From Parcubacteria group bacterium CG1_02_39_15 (GTDB taxonomy: Bacteria > Patescibacteriota > Minisyncoccia > Minisyncoccales > Paceibacteraceae), in the NCBI GenBank assembly GCA_001872265.1, contig MNWE01000046.1:1-43201 (forward strand): a stretch of 43,201 nt of DNA. The letters are read 5' to 3'. Both the position numbers and the translations under genes were made by a program. Under the pieces are notes generated by a model, which saw only the letters and a list, made by a program, of their open reading frames with translations, did no database searches and was not told the origin of the DNA. This document shows, in pieces, positions 9,608 through 18,411 of the stretch (position 1 is the first letter of the stretch; the number at the start of each line of letters is the position of its first letter).

Positions 9608-10393
9608 ATGGCCAAAATCCAAAAATCAAAAAGCATATTAACAAAGAAAGAGCCTGAGAGAAGGTGGCTTTTGGCTTTGAAGAGCAAAGCTGGTAGAACA
9701 GCTTCGGGCAGAATTACCGTACGGCATCGTGGCGGAGGAGTGAAACGACTCTATCGAGTTGCTGATTTTGGACAAGACAAATTAGGAGTAGTAGGTAAAG
9801 TTATTGCCTTGGAATACGATCCTTACCGAACAGCCTATCTTGTTTTGGTTGAATACCAAGACGGAGATCGAAGATATATTTTAGCCCCCTATCAGCTAAA
9901 TGTTGGTGATGAAATAATCTGTAATGAAGCTGCCGAAATCAAAATTGGCAACAGGATGAAACTAAAAAACATTCCAGTTGGTACTCAGGTATATAATATT
10001 GAATTGGAGCCTGGTAAGGGAGGGAAAATGGCAAGGTCAGCCGGTTCTACGGCTAAAGTTTTAGCCCGCGAAGCAGGGCTGACACATTTGGCAATGCCTT
10101 CGGGCGAAATTCGAAAAGTACCTCAAGAGTGCTTTGCCTCAATTGGTCAGGTGTCTCGGCCAGAGCATAGATTTATTACTATAGGTAAGGCTGGCAGGGT
10201 TAGGTTGAAGGGAAGAAGGCCTCAGGTTCGTGGGACAGCAATGAATCCTTGCGACCATCCTCATGGCGGCGGAGAAGGAAAGACCCCCATCGGTTTGAAA
10301 TATCCAAAAACTCCTTGGGGAAAGCCAGCTTTAGGAGTAAAAACGAGAAAGAAGAAGTGGACAGATAAATATATTGTTAAAAGAAGAAATTAG
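9608..10393 (+). CDS. rplB: 50S ribosomal protein L2
   Basis: GRITVRHRGGG and MNPCDHPHGGGEGK. Confidence 0.97.
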   Translation: MAKIQKSKSILTKKEPERRWLLALKSKAGRTASGRITVRHRGGGVKRLYRVADFGQDKLGVVGKVIALEYDPYRTAYLVLVEYQDGDRRYILAPYQLNVGDEIICNEAAEIKIGNRMKLKNIPVGTQVYNIELEPGKGGKMARSAGSTAKVLAREAGLTHLAMPSGEIRKVPQECFASIGQVSRPEHRFITIGKAGRVRLKGRRPQVRGTAMNPCDHPHGGGEGKTPIGLKYPKTPWGKPALGVKTRKKKWTDKYIVKRRN

Positions 10394-10507
10394 TCAAAGG
10401 GTTAGGAAGCCAGTTTGGTTTAGAGGTTAGGAAATTAACTTTTACTAACTTCTTAGCCTGATTTCCATACCGGCATCTTAACCTTAACCTACCTTCTGCT
10501 AAAAATA
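10394..10507. repeat. About 105-nt GTTAGG/CCTAAC element, copy B (inverted relative to copy A)
   Basis: See 3790-3900. By eye the two copies are roughly 80 percent identical in reverse complement. Confidence 0.8.
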
Positions 10508-10831
10508 ATGCCAAGAAGTTTAAAAAAAGGTCCATATACGCCAGAAAAGCTTTTAAAAAAGATTAGAGGGAAGAAACCTGATGCCAGAGAAGTTATTAAA
10601 ACTTGGTGTCGGGGCTGCACCATTACTCCCGAAATGGTTGGTTTTACCTTCGGAGTCCACAACGGCAAAGAGTTCCTGTCCGTGAAGGTAACTGAAAATA
10701 TGGTGGGGCATAAACTTGGCGAATTCGCCCCTACTACTAGATTCTCTCGTCACGGAGGAAGAATGCAGCGAGAAATAGAGACTAAAGTTGCTGAAAAGGA
10801 AACTGAACAAATAAAAAAAGCCGCTGAATAA
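10508..10831 (+). CDS. rpsS: 30S ribosomal protein S19 (with C-terminal extension)
   Basis: [10 protein letters not shown]...[13 protein letters not shown]. Confidence 0.96.
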   Translation: MPRSLKKGPYTPEKLLKKIRGKKPDAREVIKTWCRGCTITPEMVGFTFGVHNGKEFLSVKVTENMVGHKLGEFAPTTRFSRHGGRMQREIETKVAEKETEQIKKAAE

Positions 10832-10856
10832 ATCTCGTAAATCGTAAACCAATTTC

Positions 10857-11372
10857 ATGGCAGCGATGACCGCGAAATTAAAATATTTAAGAATAGCTCC
10901 AAGAAAAGTAAGGTTGGTTGTCAATTTGCTTCGAGGAAAGAAGGTTGAAGAAGCTCAAACAATTTTGAATTTTACAATCAAAAAGGCAAGCTTGCCCATA
11001 TTGAAGCTTTTAAATCAAGCAGTGGCCTCAGCTATTAATAATTTTCAATTGGATCCGGCAAATCTTTTTATTTCCAAGATTACGGTTGATGAGGGACCAA
11101 AATATAAAAGGTGGATTGCTCGAGCCAGAGGAAGCGCCAACGAGATTCAGAAAAAAACTTCACACATTACCATTGTCTTAGGCGAAATAAAAAAAGGAAA
11201 GGTTAAAAGGAAGAAAGTAAAGGCTGCTCCAGCAGAAGCAGTTGAGGAGAAAGAGAAGAAGACAGAAAGAACTCCTAAAATTCCTAAGCCAAGATTAAAA
11301 CCAGAAACCGAAGAAATTAAACCAAAGGTTGAGAAAAGCGTTCAGCGCATCTTTAGACGCAAAACGTTTTAA
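10857..11372 (+). CDS. rplV: 50S ribosomal protein L22 (with K/E-rich C-terminal extension)
   Basis: LRIAPRKVRLVVNLLRGK...ARARGSANEIQKKTSHI. Confidence 0.95.
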   Translation: MAAMTAKLKYLRIAPRKVRLVVNLLRGKKVEEAQTILNFTIKKASLPILKLLNQAVASAINNFQLDPANLFISKITVDEGPKYKRWIARARGSANEIQKKTSHITIVLGEIKKGKVKRKKVKAAPAEAVEEKEKKTERTPKIPKPRLKPETEEIKPKVEKSVQRIFRRKTF

Positions 11373-11381
11373 TTAGAAATC

Positions 11382-12050
11382 ATGAGCCATAAAGTTCACC
11401 CCGGAGCATTCAGAATAAAAGACAACAGCAGTTGGCTCTCTCGCTGGCTGAATAAAAAAAGATTCTCCCAAAACTTGGAGGAAGATTTTAAAATCAGAGA
11501 GTATCTGCAAAAAAGGATAGGAAAGTTAGGAGTGGAGAAGATTGAAATCGAAAGATTCGCTGGGAAAATTATGGTGATAATTTCTTCTGCTCGTCCAGGT
11601 TTAATTATTGGACGTGGAGGAGGGGGAGTGGAAGAATTGAAAAAAGAATTGGAAGTTTTTCTTACTAAAGAAAAACCCGTCAAAGCTTTAGCTCAGGCTT
11701 CTAAGAGAGAAATTAAAATAGACATTAAAGAAATAAAAGACCCGTGGAGTTCAGCTGCTTTAGCTGCTCAGTGGGCAGCTCAACAGATTGAAAGAAGGAT
11801 GCCTTACAGAAGAGTTTTAAAGCAATCCATCGAAAAAATTATGTCAGCCAAAGGAGCGGAGGGGTGTCGAGTAGAAATGGCGGGCAGGTTAAATGGAGTA
11901 GAAATTGCCCGAACTAACTGGTTGATGAAAGGACGACTTCCTCGCCAAAGCTTAAGAGCTGACATTGATTATGCCGAAGCTCGGGCTTACTGTACTTACG
12001 GAGTAATCGGAATAAAAGTTTGGATTTATAAAGGCGAACGCTTCGCTTAA
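11382..12050 (+). CDS. rpsC: 30S ribosomal protein S3
   Basis: MSHKVHPGAFR... with KH-domain GRGGGGVEELK. Confidence 0.96.
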   Translation: MSHKVHPGAFRIKDNSSWLSRWLNKKRFSQNLEEDFKIREYLQKRIGKLGVEKIEIERFAGKIMVIISSARPGLIIGRGGGGVEELKKELEVFLTKEKPVKALAQASKREIKIDIKEIKDPWSSAALAAQWAAQQIERRMPYRRVLKQSIEKIMSAKGAEGCRVEMAGRLNGVEIARTNWLMKGRLPRQSLRADIDYAEARAYCTYGVIGIKVWIYKGERFA

Positions 12051-12139
12051 TCGCTGATAAGTCGCTGATTTCTACGCTGATAAAACGCTGATTCAGCGTA
12101 AATTCGGCGTATAGTTCAGCGTTAGTTCAGCGGACACAC
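12051..12139. repeat. CGCTGA/TCAGCG palindromic intergenic element
   Basis: The left arm has 4 copies of CGCTGAT-type words. The right arm has 4 copies of TCAGCG/TCGGCG-type words. The switch is at CGCTGATTCAGCG. Confidence 0.8.
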
Positions 12140-12550
12140 ATGGCTATATTAATGCCCAAAAAAGTTAAACATAGAAAGTGGAGAAAAGGGAGAAGCAAGG
12201 AAGTAGAAAGTAGAGGCACTCAGCTTGCCTTTGGTTCTTTCGGATTAAAGAGTTTAGGAACTCGTTGGGTAAGCGGTCGCCAACTGGAAGCCGCCAGAAG
12301 GGTGATTCTTAGATATTTGAAAAAAGGAGGAAAACTTTGGATAAGAGTTTTTCCTGATAAGCCTGTAACTAAAAAAGGGACCGAAGTGCCCATGGGCGGA
12401 GGAAAGGGAAGCGTAGACCATTATGCTTTTCCTTTAAAACCAGGTAGAATAATTTTTGAATTAGATGGATTAAAAGAAGAAATAGCTCGGGAAGCCTTCA
12501 AGATGGCAGCCACAAAGTTTCCAGTAAAGACAAAAATTATAAAAAGATGA
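12140..12550 (+). CDS. rplP: 50S ribosomal protein L16
   Basis: KHRKWRKGR...PMGGGKGSVDHYA. An alternative ATG lies at 12152. Confidence 0.95.
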   Translation: MAILMPKKVKHRKWRKGRSKEVESRGTQLAFGSFGLKSLGTRWVSGRQLEAARRVILRYLKKGGKLWIRVFPDKPVTKKGTEVPMGGGKGSVDHYAFPLKPGRIIFELDGLKEEIAREAFKMAATKFPVKTKIIKR

Positions 12551-12732
12551 AGAAAATAGCAGAGCTTCGTCAAAAATCTAAATTGGAACTACAAAAATTA
12601 CTTCAAGACAATCGGGAAAGATTAAGGCAACTTAGGTTTGACTTAGCAGCCGGAAAAGTAAAAAATGTTAGAGAAATTCATCAAATTAAGAAAGATATTG
12701 CTCGAGCTTTAACTTTGCTAAAACAAAGCTAA
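12547..12732 (+). CDS. rpmC: 50S ribosomal protein L29
   Basis: ATGA overlap with rplP. ELRQKSKLELQKLL pattern. Confidence 0.93.
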   Translation: MKKIAELRQKSKLELQKLLQDNRERLRQLRFDLAAGKVKNVREIHQIKKDIARALTLLKQS

Positions 12733-12739
12733 TATCAAT

Positions 12740-12970
12740 ATGGCAAAGAAACAACTTACAGGTACAGTGATATCTGATAAAATGCAAAAAACTGTAGTAG
12801 TTTTGGTTGAAAGATTCAAACAGCATCCCAAATATAAAAGGCGATACCGTCTCCATAAAAAATATAAAGCCCACACTGACCAAGAATACAAGGTAGGCGA
12901 TCGAGTGGTCATCGAAGAGTGCCGTCCACTGAGCAAAGAAAAAAAATGGAAGGTTATTAAAAAAGCATGA
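12740..12970 (+). CDS. rpsQ: 30S ribosomal protein S17
   Basis: [14 protein letters not shown]...HPKYKRRY. Confidence 0.95.
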   Translation: MAKKQLTGTVISDKMQKTVVVLVERFKQHPKYKRRYRLHKKYKAHTDQEYKVGDRVVIEECRPLSKEKKWKVIKKA

Positions 12971-13338
12971 TTCAACCACGCACAATGTTAAATGTTGCCG
13001 ATAATAGTGGAGCGAAAATCCTCCAATGTTTTCATGTTTTGGGCGGGTCAAAGAGGCGTTATGCTCAGCTTGGCGATGCTATTGTTGGGACAGTAAAAGA
13101 GGCTGAACCGCGCAGATTAGTTAAAAAACATGATGTAGTAAGAGCAGTTATAGTTAGACAAAAAAAAGGATATCGCAGGCCAGACGGTTCTTATATCAGG
13201 TTTGATGACAACGCTTGCGTGGTTTTGGAAGGAAAAACAAAAGAACCCAAAGGAGGAAGGATTACGGGTCCGGTGGCGAGAGAGGTAAGAGAAAAAGGTT
13301 TTGAAAAAATTGCCACTTTGGCTCCAGAACTACTATGA
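12967..13338 (+). CDS. rplN: 50S ribosomal protein L14
   Basis: [17 protein letters not shown]. Confidence 0.97.
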   Translation: MIQPRTMLNVADNSGAKILQCFHVLGGSKRRYAQLGDAIVGTVKEAEPRRLVKKHDVVRAVIVRQKKGYRRPDGSYIRFDDNACVVLEGKTKEPKGGRITGPVAREVREKGFEKIATLAPELL

Positions 13339-13640
13339 AAGTTAAGAAAGGCGATACAGTTTTAATAATTTCTGGTAAAGATAGAGGAAAGAAGGGCAAG
13401 ATTTTAGAAGCTTTTCCTGAAGAAAGCAAAGTTGTGGTGGAGGGAGCAAATCTAAGAAAAAAACACCAAAGACCCAAAAAATCCGGCGAAAAAGGACAGA
13501 TTATAGAGCTAGCAACCCCCATGTCCGTTTCTAACGTTAAGCTTATTTGTCCTAAATGCGGTAAAGCCGCCAAGACGGGACATAAGATTACCGAAAAAAA
13601 TAAATTTAGAATTTGTAAACAATGTGGCCAGGAAATCTGA
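13335..13640 (+). CDS. rplX: 50S ribosomal protein L24
   Basis: [18 protein letters not shown] (KOW motif), with a C-terminal CxxC...CxxC. Confidence 0.95.
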   Translation: MKVKKGDTVLIISGKDRGKKGKILEAFPEESKVVVEGANLRKKHQRPKKSGEKGQIIELATPMSVSNVKLICPKCGKAAKTGHKITEKNKFRICKQCGQEI

Positions 13641-13653
13641 ATCACAGTAATAT

Positions 13654-14211
13654 ATGCTTAGATTAAGTGAGAAATATAAAAAAGAAGTGATTCCGACGAT
13701 GAAAGAAAAATTTGGCTATAAAAATGAAATGGCGGTTCCTAAGGTTGAAAAAGTGATAGTGAATACTGGGTTTGGCGGGCAGGTGGCTGGAAAAACTTCC
13801 GAGGAACAAAAGAAAATCCAAGATTTTATTTTAGGAGAGCTGGCTTTAATTTGTGGCCAAAAACCAATTTTAACTAAGGCAAAAAAATCAATATCTAGTT
13901 TTAAAATTAGAGAAGGAATGCCGGTCGGAGCCCGGCTTACTTTAAGAGGGAAGAAGATGATAGACTTTTTAGAAAGATTAATTCATTTAGCCCTTCCTCG
14001 AACCCGTGATTTTCAGGGAATACCCCGAGACTCGGCGGATAAGGATGGCAATTTAACTATTGGTATTAAGGAACACATTGCTTTCCCTGAAATTTTACCA
14101 GAGAGAGCAAAGAATATTTTCGGTTTAGAAATAACAGTAGTCACCACAGCTAAAAACAAAGAGGAGGGACTAGAGTTGTTAAAATTACTGGGATTTCCAA
14201 TCAAGAGTTAA
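13654..14211 (+). CDS. rplE: 50S ribosomal protein L5
   Basis: PKVEKVIVNTG...MPVGARLTLRG. Confidence 0.96.
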   Translation: MLRLSEKYKKEVIPTMKEKFGYKNEMAVPKVEKVIVNTGFGGQVAGKTSEEQKKIQDFILGELALICGQKPILTKAKKSISSFKIREGMPVGARLTLRGKKMIDFLERLIHLALPRTRDFQGIPRDSADKDGNLTIGIKEHIAFPEILPERAKNIFGLEITVVTTAKNKEEGLELLKLLGFPIKS

Positions 14212-14316
14212 TACGCACAGATTCACACCGATTTGAACATAGATTTACACAGATCCGTGTTAATCTGTGTAAGCGTGCGAAGCACGCGAAATTATCTGTG
14301 TTGATCCGTGTATTAC
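14212..14316. repeat. CACAGAT/ATCTGTG-family element, copy b, with core AATCTGTGTAAGCGTGCGAAGCACGCGAAA
   Basis: The left arm has CACAGAT words and the right arm has ATCTGTG/ATCCGTG words. The core is almost identical to 26630-26660. Confidence 0.85.
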
Positions 14317-14502
14317 ATGGCGACAAAAGCACAAATAGCAAAATCAAAAAGGAAACCAAAATTTAAAAGTCGAGTGGTGAGACGTTGTTTTCGCTGTGGT
14401 CGGAAGCGAGGATACATGCGTAAGTTCGGGTTGTGCAGGATTTGTTTTAGAGAAATGGCCAACAAAGGAGAAATACCCGGCGTAACAAAGAGTAGTTGGT
14501 AG
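14317..14502 (+). CDS. rpsN: 30S ribosomal protein S14 type Z (zinc-binding)
   Basis: 61 aa with CFRCGR...CRIC. The GTG at 14308 lies inside the repeat, so ATG 14317 is preferred. Confidence 0.93.
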   Translation: MATKAQIAKSKRKPKFKSRVVRRCFRCGRKRGYMRKFGLCRICFREMANKGEIPGVTKSSW

Positions 14503-14512
14503 AAAAAAATCT

Positions 14513-14899
14513 ATGGATCCCGTAACTGATATACTCAATAGAATAAGAAACTCTCAGGCTGTTAGCAAAGAAACAGTTGAGATTTCTTTTTCTAATTTAA
14601 GATATGAGATAGCGAAAATTTTAGAGAAACAGGGATTTATAGAAAAAGCGGAAAAGAAAGGAAGAAAAGCAAAAAAAATTATTGAAATAACTTTGAAATA
14701 TCTTAATAAGCAGCCGGCCATTTCCGGGTTAAAAAGAATATCTAAGCCAGGCAAAAGAATTTACAAAAGCTATCAAAAAATAGGCAAAGTAAGAGGAGGC
14801 TACGGCATAGCTATCATTTCCACATCGAAAGGGTTGATAACAGACAAAGAGGCCCGGCGCCAGAAACTGGGCGGCGAAGTCATATGCGAAATATGGTAA
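14513..14899 (+). CDS. rpsH: 30S ribosomal protein S8
   Basis: DPVTDILNRIRN...GGEVICEIW. Confidence 0.96.
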   Translation: MDPVTDILNRIRNSQAVSKETVEISFSNLRYEIAKILEKQGFIEKAEKKGRKAKKIIEITLKYLNKQPAISGLKRISKPGKRIYKSYQKIGKVRGGYGIAIISTSKGLITDKEARRQKLGGEVICEIW

Positions 14900-15030
14900 A
14901 ATTCCAAATCACAAATTCCAAATCACAAACAAATTCCAAATTCCAAATTCAAAATTCAAAACCTGTTTTGGTCATTGGAATTTTGGTTATTGGTGCTTGT
15001 TTGGAGTTTGGTGCTTGGGATTTGTAATTT
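14900..15030. repeat. CCAAATT-family palindromic element, copy 4 (long form)
   Basis: It fills the whole rpsH-rplF spacer and has complementary arms. Confidence 0.9.
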
Positions 15031-15031
15031 T

Positions 15032-15574
15032 ATGAGTCGTATAGGCAAAAAACCAATTCAAATACCAGCAGGCGTAGAGGTAAAAATTGAAGGCAATAAA
15101 GTAATTGTGAAAGGCCCTAAGGGCGAATTATCTCGGGAGATTCGGCCCGAAATTAAAATTGAAGTTTCTAATAACCAAATTTTAGTTTCCTCGCAGATAG
15201 AAACCAAGCAAACCAAAGCTCTTTGGGGATTAACTCGCGCCTTAGTAGCCAATATGGCAAAAGGAGTAGCCGAAGGTTTTAGAAAACAATTGGAAATCCA
15301 GGGTATTGGTTTTAGGGCAGTCGTGGAAGGAGAAGATCTTGTGCTATATGTTGGATATAGTCATCCGGTTAAGGTCAAGGCGCCAATGGGGGTACAATTT
15401 TCCGTAGAAAAAAATATTATTACCGTTTCCGGTTTTGACCTTGAGGCGGTTTCTCAAACTGCTTCCCGTATTAGAAAAGCTAAACCACCCGAGCCCTATA
15501 AGGGCAAAGGAATACGATATGTGGGGGAGTATGTGAGGAAGAAATTAGGTAAAAAAGCAGTAACCACCGGCTAA
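15032..15574 (+). CDS. rplF: 50S ribosomal protein L6
   Basis: MSRIGKKPIQIPAGV. The ORF-track start at 14975 lies in the repeat and looks spurious. Confidence 0.95.
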   Translation: MSRIGKKPIQIPAGVEVKIEGNKVIVKGPKGELSREIRPEIKIEVSNNQILVSSQIETKQTKALWGLTRALVANMAKGVAEGFRKQLEIQGIGFRAVVEGEDLVLYVGYSHPVKVKAPMGVQFSVEKNIITVSGFDLEAVSQTASRIRKAKPPEPYKGKGIRYVGEYVRKKLGKKAVTTG

Positions 15575-15583
15575 TTTAGAACA

Positions 15584-15940
15584 ATGCGAAAGAAACAAGA
15601 AAAAAGAGTAAGACGTCACAAACGAGTAAGAGCTAAAGCATTTGGCACCAACAAGAGGCCGCGGCTTTGTGTTTTTAAATCAAGTAAGCATATTTATGCC
15701 CAATTGATTGACGACGAGAAAGGAAAAACAATTACCGCTGCCAGCGATTCAGAATTGCAACCAAAAACAAAAAAAGGAAAATCAAAAGTGGCAGTTGCCT
15801 ACGAAGTAGGGAAACTGATTGCCAAAAAAGCTTTAGGAAAAAAGTTCGCTGAGGTAATTTTTGACAGAGGAGGATATCGATATCAAGGAAGAGTAAAAGC
15901 CTTAGCTGAGGGGGCAAGGGAAGGAGGACTTAAATTTTAA
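15584..15940 (+). CDS. rplR: 50S ribosomal protein L18
   Basis: [20 protein letters not shown]...[24 protein letters not shown]. Confidence 0.96.
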   Translation: MRKKQEKRVRRHKRVRAKAFGTNKRPRLCVFKSSKHIYAQLIDDEKGKTITAASDSELQPKTKKGKSKVAVAYEVGKLIAKKALGKKFAEVIFDRGGYRYQGRVKALAEGAREGGLKF

Positions 15941-15971
15941 ATTTCAATTATCAATTTTCAATTTTCAAACC

Positions 15972-16505
15972 ATGAGAAGAGAATTTCGAAGAACAAGGGC
16001 GGAGAAGCCGAAGGATGAGTTTGAGTCCAAGCTTTTAGATTTGGCTAGAGTAGCCCACACAAGAGCCGGCGGTAAAAAAATGAGATTTCGGGCCGCCATA
16101 GTGACTGGCAATAAACTGGGCAAAGTTGGCTTTGGAGTGGCAACCGGCATGGATGTACAAGCTGCTGTAGAAAAAGCTACGCGTCTATCCAAGAAAAACC
16201 TGATTGAAGTGCCAATTATCGAGGACACCATTCCTCACGAGGTTATTTCGAAATATGGCGCAGCTGAAATTTTGCTTAAACCTCAAAGAAAAGGAAGAGG
16301 ATTGGTAGCGGGGGGCACGGTTAGGGTCATCTGTACTTTAGCTGGAGTAAAAAATATCTCCTCTAAGGTTTTGGGCAGAACCGGGAACAAACTAAATAAT
16401 GCCAGAGCAACCATTATAGCCTTACAAAAGCTAAAAATTCCAAGCACCAAGCACCAAATTCCAAACAAATCTCAAGCACCAAATTCAAAATTCGAAACAG
16501 TTTAG
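15972..16505 (+). CDS. rpsE: 30S ribosomal protein S5 (the C-terminal ~24 aa are encoded by the repeat element)
   Basis: GGKKMRFRAAIVTGN...GRGLVAGG. The tail is IPSTKHQIPNKSQAPNSKFETV. Confidence 0.95.
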   Translation: MRREFRRTRAEKPKDEFESKLLDLARVAHTRAGGKKMRFRAAIVTGNKLGKVGFGVATGMDVQAAVEKATRLSKKNLIEVPIIEDTIPHEVISKYGAAEILLKPQRKGRGLVAGGTVRVICTLAGVKNISSKVLGRTGNKLNNARATIIALQKLKIPSTKHQIPNKSQAPNSKFETV

Positions 16506-16566
16506 AATTTTGGTTATTGGAATTTGGATATTGTTTGTAATTTGTAATTTGGGATTTGGAATTTTA
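16434..16566. repeat. CCAAATT-family palindromic element, copy 5 (long form), overlapping the rpsE 3' end
   Basis: The right arm TTGGTTATTGGAATTTGGATATTGTTTGTAATTTG is almost identical to copy 7. Confidence 0.9.
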
Positions 16567-16571
16567 ATACC

Positions 16572-17015
16572 ATGCAATTACACGAAATACGTCCAATTCA
16601 TAAACCTAAAAAACAAAAGCGAATTGGTCGGGGCGGAAAGCGGGGAACTTATTCTGGCAGGGGGATAAAAGGGCAGAAATCTCGAGCTGGCAGAAGATTA
16701 CAACCTGTAATTCGCGAATTAATTAAAAGATACCCAAAATTAAGGGGGTACCGATTTAAATCCAGCAGCCAAAGCCAAAAATCCAAAACGGCCACTTTAA
16801 ACTTAGAGGTTTTAGAGAAAAAATTTCAGCCAGAAGAGAAAATTAGTCCTGAGATATTGCTAGAGAAGAAAATAGTTCGTAGAATAAAAGGGAGAATGCC
16901 CAGGGTAAAAATTTTAGGCAAAGGAAAACTCACCAAAGCTTTGACCATCGAGAATTGCTCGGTTTCTAGAAGTGCCAAAGAGAAGATAGAAAAGGCTGGT
17001 GGTACTGTGAAATAA
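16572..17015 (+). CDS. rplO: 50S ribosomal protein L15
   Basis: KRIGRGGKRGTYSGRGIKGQKSRAG. Confidence 0.96.
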   Translation: MQLHEIRPIHKPKKQKRIGRGGKRGTYSGRGIKGQKSRAGRRLQPVIRELIKRYPKLRGYRFKSSSQSQKSKTATLNLEVLEKKFQPEEKISPEILLEKKIVRRIKGRMPRVKILGKGKLTKALTIENCSVSRSAKEKIEKAGGTVK

Positions 17016-17132
17016 ATCCCAAATAACAAATCACAAATTCCAAACAAATCACAAATTTCAATTATCAATAACCAAAACATATAGTTTGTAATTTGGAATT
17101 TGGTGCTTGGAATTTCTTTTGCGGAGCAAAAG
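17016..17132. repeat. CCAAATT-family palindromic element, copy 6 (short form), plus the CUUUUGC-GGA-GCAAAAG hairpin ending 1 nt before the secY ATG
   Basis: Complementary arms. The terminal 40 nt match copy 2. Confidence 0.9.
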
Positions 17133-17133
17133 C

Positions 17134-18411
17134 ATGTGGTATCAAAAAATAATTCAGGTTTTTAAAATAAGAGACTTGCGCAGCAAAATTCTTTTTGTTT
17201 TGGCTGTTTTTGCTCTTTTTCGGCTGATGGCCAATATCCCTATCCCCGGAATCAATGCCGAGAATCTAAAGGATTTCTTTAATCAATTCCAGATGTTTGG
17301 CCTTTTGAACGTATTTACCGGAGGCGCCTTAGACAATTTATCTATTGTTATGCTGGGCTTAGGTCCTTATATTACGGCCGTCATCGTTATGCAGTTGCTG
17401 ACTATGATTTTCCCGCAATTGGAAAGAATGTACAAAGAAGAAGGCGAAGCTGGCCGCCAAAAATTTAATCAGTATGGAAGATTGCTAACTGTACCTTTTG
17501 CTGCTCTGCAATCTTACGCAATGTTAACTCTATTCCAGCGCCAAAATGTTATCGGAGAGCTTAATCCAACTATACTTTTAACCTCAATTCTAACTGTTAC
17601 TGCCGGAGCTTTATTCTTAATGTGGTTAGGAGAGTTAATTTCTGAGAAGGGAATTGGCAATGGCGTATCATTGTTGATTTTCGCTGGTATTATTGCCGAT
17701 TTTCCTAATAATATCCGTCAAATGATAGTTACTTGGGACCCCGCCCGAATTCCTTCTTATCTGCTCTTTCTTGGAATGGCTTTATTAATTATCGCCGGAG
17801 TGGTTTTGATCAATGAGGCTCGTCGGAACATTCCCGTTTCTTATGCAAAAAGGGTGCGAGGACCAAGGGTGTATGGCGGAGTTTCTACCTATTTGCCTTT
17901 AAGCGTTAATCCGGCCGGAGTAATTCCTATCATTTTTGCTTTATCGTTGATGTTATTCCCCAGTATGATCGCTAATTTTTTAAGCGGAGCCGGCGGTCAA
18001 ATTGGAACGATTGCTAAACAAGTTGGAGTCTGGTTTGAAGATCCTTGGGTTCATGGTATTTTATACTTTATTTTAATTGTGCTTTTTACCTATTTTTATA
18101 CTGCGGTAACTTTTGACCCAAAAGCCATTTCCACCAATCTTCAGAAAATGGGCGGTTTTGTCCCTGGGATTAGGCCGGGGCAATCCACCGCCAGTTTTAT
18201 GTACTATATTTTAAACCGCGTATTGTTAATTGGCGCTTTGTTTTTGGGAACCATTGCCGTAATGCCATCAATTGTTGGCGGGATTACCGGGGTTATGTCT
18301 TTCAGCTTTTTAATTGGCGGAACTTCTTTACTTATTGTGGTTTCAGTGGTTTTAGAAACCATGCGTCAGATTAAAGCCCAATTGCAAATGCGAGAATATG
18401 AAACATTCTAA
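17134..18411 (+). CDS. secY: Preprotein translocase subunit SecY
   Basis: Ten-TM SecY pattern (GLGPYITAVIVMQLL, GELISEKGIGNGVSLLIF). The start at 17107 lies in the repeat, so ATG 17134 is preferred. Confidence 0.96.
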   Translation: MWYQKIIQVFKIRDLRSKILFVLAVFALFRLMANIPIPGINAENLKDFFNQFQMFGLLNVFTGGALDNLSIVMLGLGPYITAVIVMQLLTMIFPQLERMYKEEGEAGRQKFNQYGRLLTVPFAALQSYAMLTLFQRQNVIGELNPTILLTSILTVTAGALFLMWLGELISEKGIGNGVSLLIFAGIIADFPNNIRQMIVTWDPARIPSYLLFLGMALLIIAGVVLINEARRNIPVSYAKRVRGPRVYGGVSTYLPLSVNPAGVIPIIFALSLMLFPSMIANFLSGAGGQIGTIAKQVGVWFEDPWVHGILYFILIVLFTYFYTAVTFDPKAISTNLQKMGGFVPGIRPGQSTASFMYYILNRVLLIGALFLGTIAVMPSIVGGITGVMSFSFLIGGTSLLIVVSVVLETMRQIKAQLQMREYETF

